Below, one piece after another: positions 19,492-27,488 of a DNA stretch of 64,000 nucleotides; position 1 is the stretch's first letter; the number at the start of each line of letters is the position of its first letter. The notes beneath the pieces were generated by a model. That model was not told the origin of the DNA. It did no database searches and saw only the letters and a list, made by a program, of their open reading frames with translations. The stretch spans positions 4,489 to 68,488 of the forward strand of contig JBAYFJ010000001.1 of NCBI GenBank assembly GCA_041667245.1, read 5' to 3'. This DNA comes from Bacteroidales bacterium (GTDB taxonomy: Bacteria > Bacteroidota > Bacteroidia > Bacteroidales > UBA932). Made by a program: the position numbers and the translations under genes.

Positions 19492-19561
19492 TATTCAATG
19501 ATTTAGACAATATTCTCCGCAAAAATAGCTAAATTTGCGGAATAACAAACAACAGAAAACA

Positions 19562-20494
19562 ATGAAACCAGTTTTATTAGTGCTTGCGGCGGGAATGGGC
19601 AGCCGTTACGGAGGGCTCAAACAGATGGACGGACTTGGTCCGAACGGAGAAACGATTATCGATTATTCAATCCACGATGCGGTTGAAGCCGGATTCGGGA
19701 AAGTGGTCTATATAGTCAGAGAGTACTTCAAAGAGCAGTTCGAGCAGACTGTCAAGGAAAAATACAGCGCAGTCAAATGCAAAGACGGGGAGCCTCTTCA
19801 GTTCCAGTTCGTGACACAGGAACTCAACAAGATTCCTTCGCGTTTTACTCTCAACCCTGAAAGGCAGAAACCGTGGGGAACCGCTCACGCAGTGCTTATG
19901 GCCAAAGACGTGATTGACGCACCGTTCGCGGTCATCAACGGCGACGACTTCTACGGCAAGGATTCCTTCAGGATTCTCGGCGACTGGCTTCGCTCTCACG
20001 AGCATTCAAAAGGGGTGTACAGCATTGTGGGATTTGAGCTTGATCACACTCTCTCCGAATCGGGAGGAGTCTCAAGAGGCATCTGCCATTATGACAAAGA
20101 CCATCACCTCACATCCATCGAGGAGCACCTCAACATTGCCAAGAACGCACAGGGAGTGATTGAGGGTGACAATTCCGTGAACGGAGAGCACGTCACTCTG
20201 GACGGCAAATCTCTATGCTCTATGAATATGTGGGGCTTCACTCCGGACTATTTCGACAAGAGCGAGAAGATTTTCGAGAGTTTCCTTGAGAAGAACATCA
20301 GCGAGCCTAAGAAGGAATTCTACATTCCGTTCGCCATCGATTGTATGATCAAGGACAAAGAGGGCAAGACTGACGTACTGTCCACCCCGTCACACTGGTT
20401 CGGCGTGACCTATAAGGAAGACCGCCCTGCCGTTGTAGCGAAATTCAAGGAACTCACTGACGAGGGGATATACCCGAGCCCACTTTACAAATAG
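19562..20494 (+). CDS. Sugar-phosphate nucleotidyltransferase (NTP_transferase family)
   Basis: LAAGMGSRYGGLKQ, IIDYS, R.KPWGTAHA, VINGDDFYG, SMNMWGF, WFGVTY.ED. Confidence 0.88.
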   Translation: MKPVLLVLAAGMGSRYGGLKQMDGLGPNGETIIDYSIHDAVEAGFGKVVYIVREYFKEQFEQTVKEKYSAVKCKDGEPLQFQFVTQELNKIPSRFTLNPERQKPWGTAHAVLMAKDVIDAPFAVINGDDFYGKDSFRILGDWLRSHEHSKGVYSIVGFELDHTLSESGGVSRGICHYDKDHHLTSIEEHLNIAKNAQGVIEGDNSVNGEHVTLDGKSLCSMNMWGFTPDYFDKSEKIFESFLEKNISEPKKEFYIPFAIDCMIKDKEGKTDVLSTPSHWFGVTYKEDRPAVVAKFKELTDEGIYPSPLYK

Positions 20495-20498
20495 CAGC

Positions 20499-21434
20499 AT
20501 GACTTTTTTCAAGCCTCGAAAGATCAAAGGCAACTTTGACCTCTACCAATCTTATCCTTACTACACGCCCGGAATCGCCGGGATGCTGGGCCTTTTGCTC
20601 TGGCTTCTCGCCGGGGCGCTGCTCGGCAACCTGCTGACTCTGGTGCTGTCAATGACTTCTGGAGCCGAGTTCGTGGCGGAGTACGGAATGTTCATTTCTT
20701 ATCCGGTAATGTTCATCCCCGCAATGATTTTCGCTTCTTATCAGAGCAAGCGGAATGCGCTTTTTGACACGGGATACTCGCTCAACAGCAGTCATTTCGG
20801 AAAAGCGGGAGGTTTTGCGGCGGCTCTGATGGCTATGGTTCTGACTGTTTCGGTCGGCTATATGACCGATGCAGTCAACACACTTCTGCCGGCTATGCCT
20901 GACTGGCTTGAGAAAATGTTGGATTCTATGACCCGGGGCAATCTCTGGGTCAACTTTGTCTGCGTGAGCATCTTCGCTCCTATTTTTGAGGAGTGGCTTT
21001 GCAGAGGGGAAGTGTTGCGCGGGCTACTGAATCACAAGAACAGCGAAGGCAAGACTATGAGTCCCGCGATTGCGATTGCTCTTTCGGCATTGTTTTTCGC
21101 AATCATTCACGCAAATCCCTGGCAGGCGATTCCCGCCTTTTTCCTCGGATGCGCGTTCGGATATGTCTATTACAAGACCGGCAGTTTGTGGCTGACTATG
21201 CTTATGCACTTCACCAACAACACTTTGGCCTTGGTTCTGTCCAACATCGATTCTCTCAAGGACTTCGACAATTGGAAACAGATTCTCGGCACCACGACTT
21301 ATTGGATTGTGTTCCTTGTTCTGGGACTGGCGGTGGTCTTCCTGCTGAAAGCTTTCCGTGACATTCCGCTCAACGCCCCTCAAGGCAATTGTGACGTCAT
21401 CAAGTCATCCGAAGAAGAAGGGCCCTCTCTTTAG
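20499..21434 (+). CDS. CPBP (CAAX protease-like) intramembrane metalloprotease
   Basis: AP..EE.LCRG, F...H, H..NN motifs. Confidence 0.9.
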   Translation: MTFFKPRKIKGNFDLYQSYPYYTPGIAGMLGLLLWLLAGALLGNLLTLVLSMTSGAEFVAEYGMFISYPVMFIPAMIFASYQSKRNALFDTGYSLNSSHFGKAGGFAAALMAMVLTVSVGYMTDAVNTLLPAMPDWLEKMLDSMTRGNLWVNFVCVSIFAPIFEEWLCRGEVLRGLLNHKNSEGKTMSPAIAIALSALFFAIIHANPWQAIPAFFLGCAFGYVYYKTGSLWLTMLMHFTNNTLALVLSNIDSLKDFDNWKQILGTTTYWIVFLVLGLAVVFLLKAFRDIPLNAPQGNCDVIKSSEEEGPSL

Positions 21435-22234
21435 ACGAAACCCTCAGAACGGACCTGCTCCAGAGATGCCGCTTTCCCTACGTCCACAAGCCGAAGCCCT
21501 TCAGGGGCCGAGCCGAAGATCGGATAAGCGGCAGCGGCTCTGAGGTAGAAGTCCACTATTGAGAATTTCTCTCCAAGAGGAGTCATGGAAGTGTCAATCA
21601 CTTTTCCGGTTTCGTCATACAAAGGAAACCGCGACGGATTGGAGTCTATTTCGTTGAACGCATCGAACACTTTTGTTGAGACCAAGTGAATCCCTGCGAA
21701 AGCAAATTTCCTACAGTCGGATGGATTCAATGACGGATAAGGTGATTTGACCTGCCCGGTGGCTATGTTGGTCCAGCCTTTAAGCATCATTTCCGAGTCG
21801 AAAAGGAAATATCTCTGAGTCTCTCTCTTGCTCACAAGAACAGTGGAAAGTGAGTTATGACGCGCCTCGGAAACAAAGGCCGGAATGTCAAGATTGGAGA
21901 ATATGTCCACATTGTGGATCAGGAACCTGTCCCCGCCTTCCAGAAGTTTCCGGGCGTGACGGATTCCGCCACCGGTGTCCCTGAGCAAATCACTTTCATC
22001 GGAAATGGCGACATTAAGTCCGAAATTTCCGTTCTCCTTTAGATAGGAAATTATCTGGTCCGAGAAATGATGGACATTAATCACGAAATCATCGAAACCG
22101 GCTTTATGAAGACGCATTAAGACGTGCCACAGAAGAGGTTCGCCTTCAACCTTCACCAGAGCTTTCGGCATAGAGTCGGTGAGAGGCTTCAGCCTCGTGC
22201 CCATCCCCGCCGCGAAAATCATCGCTTTCATCAT
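21431..22234 (-). CDS. MurU-like nucleotidyltransferase
   Basis: MKAMIFAAGMGTRLKPLT...PKALV, NVHHF, SDE...L.DTGGG, HNVDI; directly downstream of an AmgK-like kinase. Confidence 0.82.
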   Translation of the reverse strand: MMKAMIFAAGMGTRLKPLTDSMPKALVKVEGEPLLWHVLMRLHKAGFDDFVINVHHFSDQIISYLKENGNFGLNVAISDESDLLRDTGGGIRHARKLLEGGDRFLIHNVDIFSNLDIPAFVSEARHNSLSTVLVSKRETQRYFLFDSEMMLKGWTNIATGQVKSPYPSLNPSDCRKFAFAGIHLVSTKVFDAFNEIDSNPSRFPLYDETGKVIDTSMTPLGEKFSIVDFYLRAAAAYPIFGSAPEGLRLVDVGKAASLEQVRSEGFV

Positions 22235-22236
22235 CT

Positions 22237-23655
22237 CTACATCATTTTCTCGATGTCCAGCTCACGGTGCGAAACCATTATCTTCACATCGAATTTCTTG
22301 GTCAGGTGGGTAGCGAGATGCTCTGCGCAATAGACGGATCTGTGCTGCCCGCCCGTGCATCCGAAACAAATCTGAAGATGAGTGAACTTCCTCTCTATGA
22401 ATTTCTTGATGTGCGCGTCAACCAGATTGTAGACGCTGTCAAGAAAGCGGAACACCTCCCCATCGTCCTCAAGAAATTTGATAACTTCCGGGTCAAGTCC
22501 GGTGAACTGACGGAAATGCTCGTATTTACCCGGGTTATTGATTGATCTGCAATCAAACACGTAACCTCCTCCGTTGCCGGAAGTGTCGGCCGGAATGCCT
22601 TTCTTGTAAGCGAAACTGTAGATTCTGACTTCCAGTCTCTTGTCCTCCACGATCTCGTAGAACTGCTGCATAGTGGTCAGTTTCGTAAGTACCTGATTCA
22701 AATAAGGATAGCTATCGAAAGGTGTGACAAGAAGTCGTCTTAGGTTGTCGATGGCAAAAGGCACGCTTCCGAGGAAGTGAGGTTTCTTTTCGAAGTAGCC
22801 TCTGAATCCATAAGCTCCGAGCACCTGCAATGTGCGGAACAGAACAAATAGCCTTAGCCTCTGCCCGAACACTGCGGTGTCAATGTTGACATATTCCTTG
22901 AGCGAGGTCAGATAGGTCTGAATCATCGCTTGCTTCAGCGCCTCCGGATAGCGGGAACGGGCCTGCCAGACAAAGGATGCCACGTCATAATAAATAGGGC
23001 CCCTTCTGCCTCCCTGAAAATCAATGAAGTACGGCTCTCCGTCCTTTATCATCACGTTGCGCGCCTGGAAATCTCTGTACATAAAGGTGTTGCCCATATC
23101 CAGAAGCAGGTCTTTCTTGAGTTTGTCGAAATCGTCCTGAAGCCTTATCTCGTCGAACTCCATTCCTGTGGCCTTGAGAAAGCAGTACTTGAAATAATTC
23201 AGATCGAACATCACCATCCTCTCGTTGAACTCAGGCTCAGGGAAACAGCAGTTGTAGTCAAGCCCCTGAGCGCCTTTGAACTGGATCTTCGGGAGCATCT
23301 CGATGGTGTGGCAGAGAATGGAACTCTCGAAAGAGGAATATTCCCCCGTCTCGCGGCCTTGGGATATGACGTTGTAAAGCTGGGCGTTACCGAGATCTTC
23401 CTGAATGTAGCACATTCCGTCATCGCTTTTGGCGAAGACCTTAGGTGCTTTGATGCCTTTCTCCCTGAAATGGGCGCTCAGATAGCAGAAAGCCTTGTTC
23501 TCCGAGAGATTGGTCCCGATGACTCCGATTAAGGATATATTGCCTCCTGTCAGCCTGAAATAGCGTCTGTGGCTGCCTGAGGACGTCAGTTCGGAACGGT
23601 CTTCCACTTTATGGCCTGTGTAGCGTTCGAACAATTTGTCTAATTGATCCGTCAT
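22237..23655 (-). CDS. AmgK-like phosphotransferase fused to a RapZ C-terminal domain
   Basis: GS.RRYFR, EDLG, YRDFQARN, IDFQ...GP..YD.AS; C-terminal SFAYKKG.P...VFDCR..NPG, GCTGGQHRSV. ATG 23655 preferred because the GTG at 23673 overlaps the -7 element. Confidence 0.85.
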   Translation of the reverse strand: MTDQLDKLFERYTGHKVEDRSELTSSGSHRRYFRLTGGNISLIGVIGTNLSENKAFCYLSAHFREKGIKAPKVFAKSDDGMCYIQEDLGNAQLYNVISQGRETGEYSSFESSILCHTIEMLPKIQFKGAQGLDYNCCFPEPEFNERMVMFDLNYFKYCFLKATGMEFDEIRLQDDFDKLKKDLLLDMGNTFMYRDFQARNVMIKDGEPYFIDFQGGRRGPIYYDVASFVWQARSRYPEALKQAMIQTYLTSLKEYVNIDTAVFGQRLRLFVLFRTLQVLGAYGFRGYFEKKPHFLGSVPFAIDNLRRLLVTPFDSYPYLNQVLTKLTTMQQFYEIVEDKRLEVRIYSFAYKKGIPADTSGNGGGYVFDCRSINNPGKYEHFRQFTGLDPEVIKFLEDDGEVFRFLDSVYNLVDAHIKKFIERKFTHLQICFGCTGGQHRSVYCAEHLATHLTKKFDVKIMVSHRELDIEKMM

Positions 23656-23712
23656 TTGATTTTGATTTGTCACAAAAGTAGTAAATTTGCGTCATAAAAA
23701 CACACAAGGGAT

Positions 23713-25203
23713 ATGCTGAATTACGCTTATTGTTCCGACAAGTACCAGTACACTATGGGAAAGTCGTTCTTCCAGTGCGGCAGGAAAGATGAGGTCGCTG
23801 TCTTCAATATGTTTTACAGAGTCGCTCCGGAGAACAACAACTGGGCGGTGGTAAGCGGGACCGAGGAGGTTCTGGAGATGATTGCGAGACTTGGAGACGC
23901 TCCGGAGGATTTCTTCGAGAAATTCATTCCCGGAGAGGATTACGCAGATTTCCGAAAGTTTCTTTCGACTATGAGGTTCACAGGCAACGTGTATGCGATG
24001 CGTGAGGGTGAGATCGTGTTCCCGAACGAGCCGATTATCACTGTGGAGGCGCCTCTGATTGAGGCTCAGGTGCTTGAGACCCCGATTCTGTGCATAATGA
24101 ATCATCAGATGGCAGTGGCAACCAAAGCGTCCAGGGTGTGCAGGGCAACAGATCGTCCTGTAAGCGAATTCGGCTCAAGAAGGGCTCACGGTCCATGGGC
24201 TGCGACTTACGGAGCTAAGGCCGCGATAATCGCTGGCTGCGCGAGCACTTCCAACATTCTCACGGGTGTGATGAACGGGGTGCCTTCCACAGGCACTATG
24301 GCCCACAGTTTCATCACTTCTTACGGCAGTTCCGTGGACGGGGAGCACAAGGCTTTCAAAGACTACATCGCCACTCACAAGGGTGAGAATCTGATTCTGC
24401 TCATTGACACTTACGACACTCTCAAATGCGGGGTCCTGAACGCCATACGTTCTTTCAAGGAGTGCGGAATAGATGACACTTATCCTTTCGGCTACGGCAT
24501 AAGGCTTGACAGCGGAGACCTCGCCTACCTTTCTATTGAAGTGAGGAAGATTCTTGACGATCATGGTCTAAAAGGCTGTAAGATATTTGCTACCAATTCA
24601 TTGGACGAGTACCTCATTTCGGATTTGGAGCGACAGGGTGCAAGGATCGATTCTTACGGAGTGGGCGATGCGATCGCCACCAGCAAAGCGGCTCCCTGCT
24701 TCGGGAATGTGTACAAGCTGGTCCAGATTTCGGACGAGCCGGTGCTAAAGCGTTCCGAGGACAAGATAAAGCTGATCAATCCCGGATTCCAGATCACTTA
24801 CAGATTGATCAAGAAAGACAGCGAGCTGAATAAGGATGTCTACAAAGCGGATGTCACTTGTCTTCGCGGGGACAAGATGTGCAGGGACATCGAAAAGGGC
24901 AGGAGCGTCACCGTCTATGATGAATTCGACAGGTACAAGTTCAAAACTTTCGAGAAGGGAGAATACGAGGCGAGGCCTCTTCAGGCTCAGATGATAAAGG
25001 ACGGGAAACGGGTGGCTCAGGTTCATTCGCTTATGGAGAAAAAGGCTTTCTACAACGACACGCTGGCTCATTTCAGCCCTTCTGAAAGAAGACTTATCAA
25101 CCCACACTACTACAAGGTGGACATCTCGGATGACTTGTACAACACCAAAATGAGGATTATCAATCGCTTAGTGAAAGAAATCAACGATTTCAGCATCGAC
25201 TAA
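23713..25203 (+). CDS. pncB: Nicotinate phosphoribosyltransferase
   Basis: D.YQ.TM, EG..VFP.EP, EFGSRRAHG, TSN, GTMAHS, LIDTYD, IRLDSGDL, VYKLV. Confidence 0.92.
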   Translation: MLNYAYCSDKYQYTMGKSFFQCGRKDEVAVFNMFYRVAPENNNWAVVSGTEEVLEMIARLGDAPEDFFEKFIPGEDYADFRKFLSTMRFTGNVYAMREGEIVFPNEPIITVEAPLIEAQVLETPILCIMNHQMAVATKASRVCRATDRPVSEFGSRRAHGPWAATYGAKAAIIAGCASTSNILTGVMNGVPSTGTMAHSFITSYGSSVDGEHKAFKDYIATHKGENLILLIDTYDTLKCGVLNAIRSFKECGIDDTYPFGYGIRLDSGDLAYLSIEVRKILDDHGLKGCKIFATNSLDEYLISDLERQGARIDSYGVGDAIATSKAAPCFGNVYKLVQISDEPVLKRSEDKIKLINPGFQITYRLIKKDSELNKDVYKADVTCLRGDKMCRDIEKGRSVTVYDEFDRYKFKTFEKGEYEARPLQAQMIKDGKRVAQVHSLMEKKAFYNDTLAHFSPSERRLINPHYYKVDISDDLYNTKMRIINRLVKEINDFSID

Positions 25204-25237
25204 AAAGACTTCACCTGGCCGGATCAATCCTCCTTGT

Positions 25238-27400
25238 TTAGTCCGGAAGATCCTGCGGCTTCAGGAATGAGGCACGTATCTGCCGGAGGGAACCGTCGGA
25301 GAAACGCACCTGAAAAGAAGTGAGCTCTTTGTTGGCGGAGACTATCTCACCCTCGCCGAAGACCTCGTGAGTGACAGCGTCCCCGATGCTGAACCTGCTC
25401 TCGTACTCCCCTCTTTCGGAGGCAAAACCGTCCGTCTCGTCCTCATCGAGAACGTGGCTGACGCGTAGAGTAGAGTCCCACAATTCCTTGGACATAGTCC
25501 CGATCGTGACGAACATAGACCGGCCAATCTCGTGCAGAAAGCGTGAGGGACATTTGTTCATCTTGGTGGAGGTGCTGAAACCTTCCGATTCCGTGAGGAA
25601 AAGATTCCGCTCGGCTCTGGTCACGGCAACGTACATCAAACGCCTCTCTTCCTCCTCGCCGTTCTTCTTGAAATCCCTTATGGTTCTCATATTCGGGAAC
25701 ACCCCCTCGCTAAGCCCGATGACGAAAACGCATTTGAATTCCAGTCCTTTAGCCTGATGAATCGTCATCAGCTTGACGGTCGGAGTGTCGCGCGGATAGT
25801 CAGCGTTTGTGTACAGGGATATGTCCTGAAGATAGTCGGAAAGAGAGAATGTCACCTCCTTGTGGTCCTCCTCGTAGTACTTCATCGACTGGAGCAGCGC
25901 GTCAATGTTGTCAAGCCTGTCCTCGTCCTGGTCTTCTCTGTATAGGGTCTTAAGCCCGCTCTCATCAAGAAGATTGTTCATCACATCAGAGACGGACGAC
26001 TCGCGTGATGCCGATCTGAACTTCTCAATCAGAGCGATGAAGGCCGGGGCGCCGCTTTTGGAAAAGACAGGATCAGTGATGTATCTTTTGAGAGTCTGAT
26101 ACAATGAGAGGCCTTCTTTCATCGCCGTGGTTTTGAGCTTTTCGGTAAAGGAACGTCCTATCCGTCTCGGGGGCACATTTGCGATTCGCAAGAACGAGAG
26201 GTCGTCTTCAGGATTGTCAATCAGCCTCAAATAGCTCAACGCATCCTTGATTTCTCTGCGTTCAAAAAACCTTACCCCTCCCCAGACAGTGTAAGGGATG
26301 TGATTCTTGAGCAATTCCTCTTCTACGCTTTGGGAAAGATAAGATGACCTGAACAATACCGCGAAATCATCGGGCTGCCCGCCTTTTTCCAGCATCATCC
26401 CAATCTGTCCGACAAGCCACTCAGTTTCGTCTTTCTCAGATTTGGCGTGATAGTGAGTGACAATCCGACCTTCTTTGTTGAAAGTGAACAGAGTCTTTGG
26501 AATCCTGTTGATGTTATTGGCTATAATGCTGTTGGCCACGTCCAGAATCTGAGGAGTGGAGCGGTAGTTCTGGTCGAGAATGACTTCTTTCTGACATGAG
26601 AAGTTCACGAAACGTTCCGGTTTCGCACCTCTCCACTCGTATATTGCCTGATCCGGGTCGCCTACCACGAAGAGATTCTTGTGTTTGGCCGCGAGTTTCT
26701 CGATTATCTCCCAGTCATCCGCATTGCAGTCCTGAGCTTCGTCCACCATAATGTAATTTAACTCGTTTTGCCAAAACTCGCGCGCATCCTCGAATCTATC
26801 CAGAATGTACTTTGTAAAATTGACAAGATCATCGAAATCCAAAGCGCTGAATTTCATCTGTCTGGATATGTAAGCGGCGAATTGGGACTTTCTCATTTCA
26901 TCAGTCAACTCGGCTCCGGGGAGCATCAGTGCCGGGATGTAGTCGTCAAGGGCTTTGAATTCGCTTATCTGAGCAAGAAATTTCTTTACTGTCTGCTTGG
27001 TGCGTTTGATTCCAAGTTCATCCATTGCTGATTTGGCAGCGTTTTTGCGATCTTCGTCGTCAAGAATCGGGAAAGATTTAGGGAAACCGAGTCGGTAGAT
27101 CTCTTTACGAAGGAATTTGACACAGAAGCCGTGAATAGTGCACACGAAATCATTGTAGTCTCCGCTCTGCACCATTGTGGAGATGCGCCTTCGCATCTGA
27201 GCGGCTGCTTTGTTGGTGAATGTGAGGCAAAGGATGTTGGCAGGATCGATGCCGAGCACATTGACCAGATAGGCATAACGATAAGTCAGAGCCCTGGTTT
27301 TGCCAGTGCCCGCTCCGGCTGTGACCCGGACTCTTCCTTCAGTGGAGATCACTGCCTCACGCTGTCTGGAATTCAAGTCTTTGAGAAAATCCTGATTCAT
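25238..27400 (-). CDS. UvrD/PcrA-family SF1 DNA helicase
   Basis: AGAGTGKT, TFTNKAA, DEAQD, VGDPDQ.IY.WRGA, QNYRST, TIHQAKGLEF, EERRL.YVA.TRA, C-terminal tudor-like V.H..FG.G. Confidence 0.93.
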   Translation of the reverse strand: MNQDFLKDLNSRQREAVISTEGRVRVTAGAGTGKTRALTYRYAYLVNVLGIDPANILCLTFTNKAAAQMRRRISTMVQSGDYNDFVCTIHGFCVKFLRKEIYRLGFPKSFPILDDEDRKNAAKSAMDELGIKRTKQTVKKFLAQISEFKALDDYIPALMLPGAELTDEMRKSQFAAYISRQMKFSALDFDDLVNFTKYILDRFEDAREFWQNELNYIMVDEAQDCNADDWEIIEKLAAKHKNLFVVGDPDQAIYEWRGAKPERFVNFSCQKEVILDQNYRSTPQILDVANSIIANNINRIPKTLFTFNKEGRIVTHYHAKSEKDETEWLVGQIGMMLEKGGQPDDFAVLFRSSYLSQSVEEELLKNHIPYTVWGGVRFFERREIKDALSYLRLIDNPEDDLSFLRIANVPPRRIGRSFTEKLKTTAMKEGLSLYQTLKRYITDPVFSKSGAPAFIALIEKFRSASRESSVSDVMNNLLDESGLKTLYREDQDEDRLDNIDALLQSMKYYEEDHKEVTFSLSDYLQDISLYTNADYPRDTPTVKLMTIHQAKGLEFKCVFVIGLSEGVFPNMRTIRDFKKNGEEEERRLMYVAVTRAERNLFLTESEGFSTSTKMNKCPSRFLHEIGRSMFVTIGTMSKELWDSTLRVSHVLDEDETDGFASERGEYESRFSIGDAVTHEVFGEGEIVSANKELTSFQVRFSDGSLRQIRASFLKPQDLPD

Positions 27401-27488
27401 ATTCTATCCGCTAATATAACTAATTCCACGACAAGAACGAATCTTAAATTTTGTGAATAGACGAAAAAGTGATTAAATTTGTAAGTTT

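Noticed and set aside
20499-21434. Abortive-infection defence gene (Abi/CAAX)
   Set aside because: CPBP proteases are common membrane proteins; no defence neighbours.
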